From a virus (Duplodnaviria > Caudoviricetes), in IMG/VR virus record IMGVR_UViG_3300037067_002168, positions 24,189 to 88,188 of that record: 64,000 nt of DNA; one strand, given 5' to 3'. Shown in pieces: positions 1-8,177 of this stretch. The translations under genes were made by a program, and so were the position numbers. The notes beneath the pieces are model-generated. The model saw only the letters and a program-made list of their open reading frames with translations, was not told the origin of the DNA and ran no database searches. How positions within the stretch are numbered: position 1 is the stretch's first letter; each line of letters begins with the position of its first letter.

Positions 1-46
1 ATATTGGCGACAGACAGCTCAGGATATTATTCGTCATATCAATGTT

Positions 47-352
47 GTGAAAGTCAACATTTATACGAAAGAAATATCGAAGCCTGTCGTAGCTTTCTTG
101 CATATCAAGCGAGAACAGTGTGGACGAATCTCCGAAAAAAATTATGTCCCTGCTGACAGAATTATGGAAAATCCATTACTACGGCAGAACATTTTAGAAC
201 GCGCTCACGGTGATTTTTTGGCATGGATGCAACGGTACGAGAGATATTCTGAGTTCTTAGAGGAGTTTTCACCTGTCTTAGATGCGTACCAAAAAGTGTG
301 CAAGTCAATAAACCAGAAACCAAAGAAAGTCAAATCAAAGAGAATAGCATGA
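47..352 (+). CDS. hypothetical protein
   Basis: 101-aa ORF; its stop overlaps the next ATG (ATGA at 349-352), indicating translational coupling. Confidence 0.55.
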   Translation: MKVNIYTKEISKPVVAFLHIKREQCGRISEKNYVPADRIMENPLLRQNILERAHGDFLAWMQRYERYSEFLEEFSPVLDAYQKVCKSINQKPKKVKSKRIA

Positions 353-840
353 TTCGTAGAAAGTTCTTACAGTTACTGTCGTTGGCTGGAGTTACTATCC
401 CAGTAAAATTAGCCACTGGTAGCATACTACCGATGGGGCAAGTTACTACGTCCTGGAATGATCAGAATGGGTGGATACCCACTTCAAACCAATTACCAGA
501 AACAATCATACAATACGGCCCAGTTATTCGAGTTTCAAAAAGAGTGTTGTTACTACACTGGTCAGGATCGGGGTACCAACGTAAGTTTGAATACCAAAAC
601 AAAGTTACAGATCGATATTCAGTAAGTACAGGTAGACTGATTACCTATCAATATGACGACGTTACAATTGGTCTTGCAGACGTTATACCATTACTCGATT
701 ATCGAAAACCCTGGTGGCTTATAGATACAATACAGCATCCGAAGTTTACAGATAAGGATAGGTTAGTTCTCTCATCCGCCGTGCAACTAAATCTAAGCCA
801 TGTTAAATGTTGGCGGCCTTATTTTTGCCCAGAGTTATAA
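349..840 (+). CDS. DUF551-like phage protein with a twin-arginine-like N-terminus
   Basis: ATG at 349; MIRRKFLQLLSLAGV start; GWIPTSNQLPE...VKCWRP resembles the W-I-P...L-P / V-x-x-W-x-P signature of DUF551 proteins. Confidence 0.5.
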   Translation: MIRRKFLQLLSLAGVTIPVKLATGSILPMGQVTTSWNDQNGWIPTSNQLPETIIQYGPVIRVSKRVLLLHWSGSGYQRKFEYQNKVTDRYSVSTGRLITYQYDDVTIGLADVIPLLDYRKPWWLIDTIQHPKFTDKDRLVLSSAVQLNLSHVKCWRPYFCPEL

Positions 841-860
841 ATAGCCCCTGGAAAATAGTT

Positions 861-907
861 TATAATAGTAAAGTTACGTCATGATACGTTGCTTGGTTTG
901 GTAGAAT
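861..907 (+). promoter_or_regulatory. candidate sigma70-type promoter elements
   Basis: TATAAT at 861-866 and extended -10 TGgTAGAAT at 899-907, in the intergenic gap before the replication operon. Confidence 0.35.
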
Positions 908-938
908 CTTACTACTGTGTAAAACCGAGCAACTGAAA

Positions 939-1007
939 GACGGCAGGAGCGGTCCGTAGCTCGCTCCGAGGTGGGTTTGGTATCCCCCATGACCGCTCCT
1001 GTCCGTC
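939..1007 (+). ncRNA. structured 5' leader (long closing stem with internal hairpins)
   Basis: GACGGCAGGAGCGGTC (939-954) pairs with GACCGCTCCTGTCCGTC (991-1007) with one bulge; inner CTCG/CGAG and TGGG/CCCA hairpins. Confidence 0.45.
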
Positions 1008-1035
1008 TGTATTATCTAGCAAATTGGAGAGAACG

Positions 1036-2136
1036 ATGGTTATCATAAGAACGAAGAAACTCGTCAAGAAGCAAATAACGCCAGTTTGGGAAGGACCAGA
1101 GAGTACTGGTCGCAATGGCGGTGTCACCCAGTCTCTGCTAAACCGATTCATCCTATGTCGTGAGCGGTTTCGATTGTTGGTAATTGACGGGTTACAATCT
1201 GCCGATTCATTTAATCACCGGCTCGAATATGGCCAGATGTGGCATTGCTGCGAAGAGTGGTTTGCTCAAAATAAGTCTTGGCAAGATGCATTGCGTAACT
1301 ATTCCGTTGGACTGTGTCAACGCTACCAGACGCAACAAGAACAAGTTCAGCATTGGTACAACGTCTGCAAGACGCAGTTTCCGCTCTACGTCCAGTACTG
1401 GGCTAAACACAAAGATGTCGTTCAACGGACCCCGCTGCTGCAGGAAGTTTCGTTCAATGTACCCTACGAATTACCCTCCAAGCGCGTCGTTCGGCTGCGA
1501 GGTAAGTGGGATAGCGTCGATCTGATTGGCAAAGGAAAGTCCGCTGGAATCTATCTACAAGAAAATAAGACCAAAGCAGACATCAACGAGGAGCAGATCA
1601 AGCGACAGATGCAGTTTGACCTTCAGACGATGCTGTATTTGGTTGCTTTGCAGACAGAGTTGAAACAAGAGTTACGCGACGGTTTTCCAAAAGGAAACTT
1701 GGCGGGGGTCCGCTACAACGTCATTCGTCGGCCGCTGAGTGGCGGCAGGGGTAGTATAGTTCGGCACAAGGCAAAGGGATCGACGCCAGAAGAGACGCTG
1801 GAGCATTATTACGGACGATTACGAGATATAATAGAGGAATCACCGCAGGAATTCTTCATGCGTTGGAAGGTTGAGGTGACTCAGCAAGACATCACTCGGT
1901 TCAGACGTGAGTGCCTTGATCCACTGCTTGAGAGTCTTTGTGACTGGTGGGAGTTCATCTCGACGCATCTGGACGATCCGTTTGACCCTGCTAGTCACGG
2001 TATCCATTCAAGAACGCCGTTCGGCTTGTACAACGTGCTGGCAGAAAGTGGATCGACTGAAGTGGACGAGTACCTGGCGACCGGCTCTACTGTCGGTCTG
2101 CAAAAGGCAGTTACTCTGTTCAACGAATTGGAGTAA
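1036..2136 (+). CDS. PD-(D/E)XK (RecB/Cas4-like) exonuclease
   Basis: RLRGKWDSVD...LQENKTK...FDLQTMLY matches nuclease motifs II/III and the QxxxY motif; RBS GGAGAG before ATG 1036. Confidence 0.8.
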   Translation: MVIIRTKKLVKKQITPVWEGPESTGRNGGVTQSLLNRFILCRERFRLLVIDGLQSADSFNHRLEYGQMWHCCEEWFAQNKSWQDALRNYSVGLCQRYQTQQEQVQHWYNVCKTQFPLYVQYWAKHKDVVQRTPLLQEVSFNVPYELPSKRVVRLRGKWDSVDLIGKGKSAGIYLQENKTKADINEEQIKRQMQFDLQTMLYLVALQTELKQELRDGFPKGNLAGVRYNVIRRPLSGGRGSIVRHKAKGSTPEETLEHYYGRLRDIIEESPQEFFMRWKVEVTQQDITRFRRECLDPLLESLCDWWEFISTHLDDPFDPASHGIHSRTPFGLYNVLAESGSTEVDEYLATGSTVGLQKAVTLFNELE

Positions 2137-2143
2137 TCGTCTA

Positions 2144-2362
2144 ATGCCGAAATTACCTAAGAAGTTGACAAACAAATCTAACCGGGTTAAACAGACAGAC
2201 ATTCGCGTGTCGTCTAGGCAGTTGGCGGAACGGATTTACCGTTTGATAGACACCGCGTATGCTCTAGTAAAAGAACTACAAGACATCCAGGTTATCTTAC
2301 ATACTACAGGACTATGCGACTGCGGACCAGTCGTAGAAGACAAAAATGACATCCCCTTCTAA
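2144..2362 (+). CDS. hypothetical protein
   Basis: ATG at 2144 just after the upstream stop; 72 aa ending in DIPF. Confidence 0.55.
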   Translation: MPKLPKKLTNKSNRVKQTDIRVSSRQLAERIYRLIDTAYALVKELQDIQVILHTTGLCDCGPVVEDKNDIPF

Positions 2363-2768
2363 GACAAACCGGCGCAGAAAGTCCACTGTTCATAGAATAG
2401 AACGCGGGTGGGCCGGTCACTATTGTTTAGCAGATCGTTGCCTATTCCGCCGCAACACGCTACTCAAGTATCTACGAGTTGAGATTGTCGTATCAACGGT
2501 GGGATTATGTAGAATTCGCCCAGAAGACTGTACATTCAGTGTATTGGATGCTAACTACAGTATGTACGAAACACGGGCATTCCATACTGATCCCGCCGAT
2601 CAGAGATACCACGACATTGACTGTACACGAGAGATTACTTTTATCAGTCCTTGGTCTATCAAGCAAATTGATGCTGACGATCTGGCAAACCAGATGCACG
2701 AAACAGTAGTATCTGAAATAATAAAACGCCTAGAAAATGGAGAACAATTCGATGCCGACCGTGATTAA
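2346..2768 (+). CDS. hypothetical protein
   Basis: 140-aa ORF overlapping both neighbours in the operon. Confidence 0.6.
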   Translation: MTSPSKTNRRRKSTVHRIERGWAGHYCLADRCLFRRNTLLKYLRVEIVVSTVGLCRIRPEDCTFSVLDANYSMYETRAFHTDPADQRYHDIDCTREITFISPWSIKQIDADDLANQMHETVVSEIIKRLENGEQFDADRD

Positions 2769-3600
2769 GCAGAGTATGAAGAAAGCGGTAAGAAAAGGTG
2801 ACAGCGCTTGGGATCGCATCGCCCCTATCTCATTTGGAGAAGATGACGGACTGAAGATCAACATCTATGGTAGGAGCGGTACTGGAAAGACGACGCTGTG
2901 GGCAACTTTTCCCAAACCAATTCTTGCCATCGTCTGCTCCGGCGGAACTCAACCTGGTGAGCTACGGTCGATCAATACTGCCGAATATCGTAAGACGATC
3001 TCCCAAGTCGCCGTTAGATCATCCAACGAAGTAGCCGAATTAGCAGAACGGCAGCGCAGCGAAGAGAGGTATAATACAGTAGTCTTAGACCACGCCAGCG
3101 GTCTGCAAGATTTAGTTCTTAAGGAGATTCTTGGTCTTGATGAACTACCGCCGCAACTCAGTTGGGGATTAGCTTCGCAGCAGCAGTACGGGCAACTGGC
3201 GATCAAGATGAAAGAGTTGTTACGCAGTTTACTCAATCTATCTTGTAACGTGGTGATCGTCGCGCAGGAGCGAGAGTTCAACACGGAGAGTAGCAGCGAC
3301 TTATTGATGCCGTTTGTGGCGTCAGCGCTAACGCCGTCCGTGGTCGGTTGGCTCAATCCGGCTGTCGATTACATCGTTGAGACGTTCATCCGTCCCAAGT
3401 TGGTTACAAAACAGGTGAAAGTTGCTGGCAAGGTTGTGTCCCAGACGGTACGTACTAAAGAAGTTGAATACTGCGCACGAACAGCACCGCACGACATATT
3501 CACCACGAAGTTCCGAATGCCTAAAGGATACAAGGTGCCTGAATGCATCGTCGATCCTGACCATAGTAAGATTCTATCTCTCATCAATCAAGGAGGTTAG
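2752..3600 (+). CDS. AAA_24/Sak4-like recombination ATPase
   Basis: Walker A IYGRSGTGKTT, Walker B VVLDHAS, VIVAQERE; lies between an exonuclease and an SSB-like gene. Confidence 0.85.
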   Translation: MPTVIKQSMKKAVRKGDSAWDRIAPISFGEDDGLKINIYGRSGTGKTTLWATFPKPILAIVCSGGTQPGELRSINTAEYRKTISQVAVRSSNEVAELAERQRSEERYNTVVLDHASGLQDLVLKEILGLDELPPQLSWGLASQQQYGQLAIKMKELLRSLLNLSCNVVIVAQEREFNTESSSDLLMPFVASALTPSVVGWLNPAVDYIVETFIRPKLVTKQVKVAGKVVSQTVRTKEVEYCARTAPHDIFTTKFRMPKGYKVPECIVDPDHSKILSLINQGG

Positions 3601-3604
3601 CAAG

Positions 3605-3832
3605 ATGCTTGTGTTATCCCGAAAAAAGAACGAAAGTATTGTCATCAATGATGACATTACAATCATGGTTGTGGAAATCCGAGGGGACAAGGTCCGTTTA
3701 GGAATCGACGCCCCCAAGGAAATGCCAGTACATAGAAAAGAAGTTTACGACGCGATCCATCGTAGTAATCCTGCCGCTGAGAAAGTCGTAGTCGAAACTG
3801 ATGCAGAGATAGTTAGTCGCTCTGGCTATTGA
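3605..3832 (+). CDS. csrA: carbon storage regulator CsrA/RsmA (RNA-binding translational regulator)
   Basis: MLVLSRKKNESIVINDDITIMVVEIRGDKVRLGIDAPKEMPVHRKEVYDAI is a full CsrA signature. Confidence 0.97.
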   Translation: MLVLSRKKNESIVINDDITIMVVEIRGDKVRLGIDAPKEMPVHRKEVYDAIHRSNPAAEKVVVETDAEIVSRSGY

Positions 3833-3894
3833 CAAATTACTTACTTAGCAATTTTGCGTTTTTGTTTTAACCCGTTTTATAGAAGGAAAAAGTT

Positions 3895-4932
3895 ATGCCA
3901 AGGCAAACTAGCCAAAGTGGATTGGCCGCACGATTGGGCCAGAAGGGGCGTCAAGCGTACGACGCCCACAAAACCGAGGAAGCGCAGTATGGATCTGGGT
4001 CTGATTTACCAGCTGGCATCGAAGGTGGAGTAGCTCAACTTACTGAATGTAAGTTTGGTATCTACCAAACTGGTGACATGAAGGGAAAAGACTTCTTTTT
4101 AGCAGCAGGAATCGTCAAGTCTCCAACGACAATCGCCGACGGGTCGCCAGTTCGTGGTCTTCGTACCCAGATCGGTCCAGAACCACTTTGCGACACGCCG
4201 TCGCGTACTCGTAAAACCGTGATGGACCATATCGAGTGGGTTCAGAACGAGTTGAAGAAGCTGGGTGCTGACCTTGCTGACACCGACCTCGATGACTTGG
4301 AAACGATCGTCGCCGCGCTCAAGGATGAGAAACCGCACTTCCGATTTCGCACCTGGAAGGGATCGAAGGCGACGGATGGTCCGTTCAAGGGTGTCGAACC
4401 TCGCGTGCAACATGAGTGGAGAGGCGCTTGCGAGTACGTCGAGGACGAGAGCAACGAAGAAGTTATCGATGGCACGGAACCAGCCGAGGAAGTTGCTGAA
4501 GAACCCGAAGAAAAATCGGTCAAAAAGCCTACGGCAAAATCTGTTACGAAGCCGAAGTTGAAGACGGCAAAACCTGAAGAAGAGACGATTGAGTCACTCG
4601 CGGAAGCAGCCGACGGCGGAGACGAAGACGCCCAGGTGAAACTTGTCAAACTAGCCGAAGCAGCCGGAGTAGACGCTGAAGCGTGTGAGTCATGGGCGGC
4701 AGTCGTTGAGTCTATCGAGGCGGCCAACGCTCCTGAAGCCGATTCTGACGATCCTGAGAAGGAATGGAAGCCAGAGAAGGGTGATATCTATCTCTACAAA
4801 CCGGCCGGAAAGAAGAAGCCGGTTGATTGCGAAGTTGTTGCCGTGTTCGAGGGAAAGAGGACGGTGAACCTTAAGAACCTCGATGACGGAACCAGCTACA
4901 AGGCTATCGACTGGGATAGTCTGGAGCAGTAG
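3895..4932 (+). CDS. putative single-stranded DNA-binding protein with a long acidic tail
   Basis: Position after exonuclease and ATPase; beta-rich N-half and E/D/A-rich C-half. Confidence 0.55.
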   Translation: MPRQTSQSGLAARLGQKGRQAYDAHKTEEAQYGSGSDLPAGIEGGVAQLTECKFGIYQTGDMKGKDFFLAAGIVKSPTTIADGSPVRGLRTQIGPEPLCDTPSRTRKTVMDHIEWVQNELKKLGADLADTDLDDLETIVAALKDEKPHFRFRTWKGSKATDGPFKGVEPRVQHEWRGACEYVEDESNEEVIDGTEPAEEVAEEPEEKSVKKPTAKSVTKPKLKTAKPEEETIESLAEAADGGDEDAQVKLVKLAEAAGVDAEACESWAAVVESIEAANAPEADSDDPEKEWKPEKGDIYLYKPAGKKKPVDCEVVAVFEGKRTVNLKNLDDGTSYKAIDWDSLEQ

Positions 4933-5081
4933 ACTAGGTAGTCGCCGTAATACATAGCGGTAGGTAAGTACAGGCGCAGAATAAGTCCTGTAGCGGCGTA
5001 ATGTCGCGATAATTACTGAGTTACAGCGTTTCTAGCTATTGCTAATTACCATCAGAAGTAGACGGGCTTCCGATGGTTAGC

Positions 5082-5140
5082 GCCAGTTCACCAGTCGTTC
5101 TTATCTTGTCGTAGGAACGACTGGTGGCTGGCCTCTTTTT
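5082..5140 (+). terminator. intrinsic terminator-like hairpin
   Basis: CACCAGTCGTTC / GAACGACTGGTG 12-bp stem followed by CTCTTTTT. Confidence 0.55.
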
Positions 5141-5158
5141 CCACCCGTACTAGCAATC

Positions 5159-5335
5159 ATGGGTATTCGAGAACAGCGTAAGAAATTACAGCGAACGATC
5201 TTGGCAATCGTACAATGTGAAAAATCAGACTCGGCGCTTCGAGAGATAAAATTACTCAAGCAGACGATTGATAGTCAGATTGGATTATTTGAGTCGCGTC
5301 TGCTGCCTCTCGTAGATCAATTTGACGACAGTTAA
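5159..5335 (+). CDS. small hypothetical protein (58 aa; not in ORF track)
   Basis: ATG 5159 to TAA 5335, MGIREQRKKLQRTILAIVQ..., ends 11 nt before the next gene. Confidence 0.5.
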   Translation: MGIREQRKKLQRTILAIVQCEKSDSALREIKLLKQTIDSQIGLFESRLLPLVDQFDDS

Positions 5336-5346
5336 GGAAGACTGCT

Positions 5347-6690
5347 ATGAAGTTAGTTTTGATCAATCCAGCATCATCTGGCCGTGCTGGACTATCTGAT
5401 AATTACCGGTCTAAGCATCCTCCGTTGGCTCTTGCAATGCTAGCTGAGATGACGCCAGACGACTGGGAGATTGTAGTTCAGGATGAAAACTATGGGAGAG
5501 CAGAGATAGTACCAGATGCCAATTTAGTCGGTATCACATCATTTACGTCACGTGTCAACCGTGCTTATGAGTTATCTACCCAATATAGGCAGTTAGGAAT
5601 ACCGACTGTGCTGGGCGGTATTCACGCCTGGGCCAGATCAGATGAGGCGATGGCAAGGTTTACGTCTGTAGTAATCGGGGAGGCGGAATCGGTATGGTCC
5701 CAACTTTGCCAGGACGCCCGACAAGATAAGTTGCAGGCGCAGTATATCGGCCGTCCTGCATCTAGGTTTACCATACCAGACCGATCTGTGTTGAGACCAG
5801 AATACCCAGTCGATTCAATAGCAACATCACGCGGGTGCCCTGAAAACTGCTCGTTCTGCTCCGTGCATGACTTCTCCGGTAAGAAGTTTCGACGGCAACT
5901 ACTGTCTCGTGTTGAAGAGGATCTGCAGAATATCAAGAGTGACTATGTGTTCGTCGTAGACGATAATTTTCGCGGATTCAACTACCAACACCTGCTAGAC
6001 TCTATTGCAATCCTGAAGTTAATGGCTCAGGCGAAGAAAGAATATATCATCCAGTGTCCGATGCGAGTCTGCCAAGAAGACGATTTTCTTCAGGCTGCCG
6101 GCGAAGCAGGAGTTCGTATGATCTTCGTCGGGCTGGAGACAGGCGACGAGCAGGGGTTGCAGATCGTCAGCAAACGGCAGAACCTCAAATACGGATTTGA
6201 CTTCAGCCGAATACACAAGGCCGGGATTGGCGTGATCGGATCGTTCATGATCGGATTAGACACCGATACCCCACAGAAGCTGCGTGACCGGGCGAAGTTT
6301 ATGGTTGACTGTGGTATAGACAGCATCCAGGTGACGATCGTGACACCGCTACCAGGGACTAGACTGTTTAATCAATTACTAAGTGAAGGTCGGTTACTGT
6401 ACACCAATTTTCCAGAAGACTGGGGTCACTACGATATGTCTGAGTTGGTCTACCTGCCTTCTGGGTTCAGGTCATTATCTGAGTTCTATGCTGCCGCTTG
6501 CGACGTAGTGCAAGAGGTATTCAGCGACGCCGCTATCAAGATGATGGTTCGTAGAACCTATGACGTAACAAAGAGTCAGTCAGTCGCTCTATTCGCCCAG
6601 ATGCTGAACTATTCCTACAGAGAGATTATCTGGGAAGAGGCGAAGATGTGGAATAAACTTTCCTGGGATAACTATGCCAAAACTAAGTAG
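5347..6690 (+). CDS. B12-binding-domain radical SAM enzyme (class B methyltransferase-like)
   Basis: N-terminal cobalamin-binding domain (LINP...PPLAL...VGITS...VLGGIH); SRGCPENCSFC CxxxCxxC motif; FVVDDNF, FVGLET. Confidence 0.92.
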   Translation: MKLVLINPASSGRAGLSDNYRSKHPPLALAMLAEMTPDDWEIVVQDENYGRAEIVPDANLVGITSFTSRVNRAYELSTQYRQLGIPTVLGGIHAWARSDEAMARFTSVVIGEAESVWSQLCQDARQDKLQAQYIGRPASRFTIPDRSVLRPEYPVDSIATSRGCPENCSFCSVHDFSGKKFRRQLLSRVEEDLQNIKSDYVFVVDDNFRGFNYQHLLDSIAILKLMAQAKKEYIIQCPMRVCQEDDFLQAAGEAGVRMIFVGLETGDEQGLQIVSKRQNLKYGFDFSRIHKAGIGVIGSFMIGLDTDTPQKLRDRAKFMVDCGIDSIQVTIVTPLPGTRLFNQLLSEGRLLYTNFPEDWGHYDMSELVYLPSGFRSLSEFYAAACDVVQEVFSDAAIKMMVRRTYDVTKSQSVALFAQMLNYSYREIIWEEAKMWNKLSWDNYAKTK

Positions 6691-7444
6691 TATCAGGCTG
6701 AAACGCAATCGAGCGTATCAAGGCGATTGCTTAGACTTGATGAAATATATTGAACCTAAGTCAATTGATATGATCCTTTGCGATCTACCGTATGGAACAA
6801 CGGCGTGTAAGTGGGATACTATAATCCCATTTGTACCACTTTGGGAACAGTACAACCGTGTAATCAAGGATGGTGGAGCAATCGTATTGACTGCTAGTCA
6901 ACCATTTACAAGTGCATTAGTGATGAGTAACATTAAACTGTTTAGATATGAATGGATTTGGAATAAGGGCAAAGGAAGCAATCCGTTATTATCTAAAAAA
7001 CAGCCAATGAAATCCCATGAAAATATACTTGTATTTTCAAAGCGGCAAACAAAATATATCCCGCAAATGACAGTAGGCCAAAAATATGCTGTACCAAAAA
7101 CTGGCGGAAATAGGCATAATCGGATAATTGGTTCGTTTGCAGATAACCCACATTTTGTCCAAAAAACAGATCCAACAAAGCGATTTCCTGTATCAATTCA
7201 AAATTATTCAATACACTGCGGTAGTAAATTGCACCCAACACAAAAACCCGTGGCCCTCTTTGAGTATCTCATCAAGACATACACCAATAAGGGCGATCTA
7301 GTTTTGGACAACTGCGCTGGTAGTGGAACAACCGGGATAGCATGTTTGAATACCGACCGTGATTTTATTTTGATCGAAAAACTACCTGAGTACGTAGATG
7401 TAATCAACCAGCGAATCGCCGAACACCATGCCAAAACTACCTGA
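6674..7444 (+). CDS. DNA N6-adenine/N4-cytosine methyltransferase (beta class)
   Basis: Catalytic DLPY precedes SAM-binding VLDNCAGSGTT; HPTQKPVALFEYLI. Confidence 0.93.
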   Translation: MPKLSSIRLKRNRAYQGDCLDLMKYIEPKSIDMILCDLPYGTTACKWDTIIPFVPLWEQYNRVIKDGGAIVLTASQPFTSALVMSNIKLFRYEWIWNKGKGSNPLLSKKQPMKSHENILVFSKRQTKYIPQMTVGQKYAVPKTGGNRHNRIIGSFADNPHFVQKTDPTKRFPVSIQNYSIHCGSKLHPTQKPVALFEYLIKTYTNKGDLVLDNCAGSGTTGIACLNTDRDFILIEKLPEYVDVINQRIAEHHAKTT

Positions 7445-7586
7445 TAAACTTTTGCAACAACGAAGATTAAAGGAACAACAGAAACTAGTTGCAAGTGTCC
7501 TATGTATTGCTTGCGGCGGATCAGGGAAAGCGAGCAACGGTAGTCGGTGTGTTCCCTGCCGAGGAAAAGGAATCCGATGTCGCTAG
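7428..7586 (+). CDS. small DnaJ-type zinc-finger protein (52 aa; not in ORF track)
   Basis: CIACGGSG...CVPCRGKG, two CxxCxGxG repeats; overlaps both neighbours. Confidence 0.65.
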   Translation: MPKLPDKLLQQRRLKEQQKLVASVLCIACGGSGKASNGSRCVPCRGKGIRCR

Positions 7587-8176
7587 CTGACCGGCTTCGT
7601 AAGTCCATAGTTGCCAGACCGAAAGTAGAATGGGTCAGACGGCCTGAAATACTACTAAATGAAAATATCCCTCTCCCATTACACGGAATAGCACCACGAG
7701 TAGTCTTGGGGGCGAAGTGGTGGGAAGCAACACGGCAGGCTGCCTATCGAAGCACTTCATTTCACTGTGTCGCCTGTGGTATATGGAAGGGCGTAGCTGA
7801 ATATCGACAGTGGTTGGAGGGACACGAGGTCTACCAAATTGACTATCAACGTGGCAGGGCAGTCTACATAGAAACGGTTCCACTGTGTCACTTGTGCCAC
7901 AACTTTATTCATGATGGTAGACTACAAGCCTTACTAGAACAAGGTAAAATACAGCAGGCGAAGTATGCCGCTATTTTGCAGCATGGGCATCGAGTATTAA
8001 CAGCGGTAGGTTTACGCCGTCCTACTCATGCCGAGCGAGAAAATGTAATCACTGATTTGATTGTCAAAGGCGATGTGGCTTCTTGGGATAAATGGCGGTT
8101 GGTGATTGACGGAGTAGAGTACCCGCCGTTGTATCAGACGTTTGACGATTGGAAGAAAGCGTTTAAGGTTACATAA
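7577..8176 (+). CDS. HNH-like nuclease
   Basis: CVAC...LEGHEVY...VPLCHLCHNFIH motif. Confidence 0.7.
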   Translation: MSLADRLRKSIVARPKVEWVRRPEILLNENIPLPLHGIAPRVVLGAKWWEATRQAAYRSTSFHCVACGIWKGVAEYRQWLEGHEVYQIDYQRGRAVYIETVPLCHLCHNFIHDGRLQALLEQGKIQQAKYAAILQHGHRVLTAVGLRRPTHAERENVITDLIVKGDVASWDKWRLVIDGVEYPPLYQTFDDWKKAFKVT

Positions 8177-8177
8177 G

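Noticed and set aside
1036-2136. Cas4 / CRISPR system
   Set aside because: No repeat-spacer array or other cas genes; the context (ATPase, SSB-like) fits a phage recombination exonuclease
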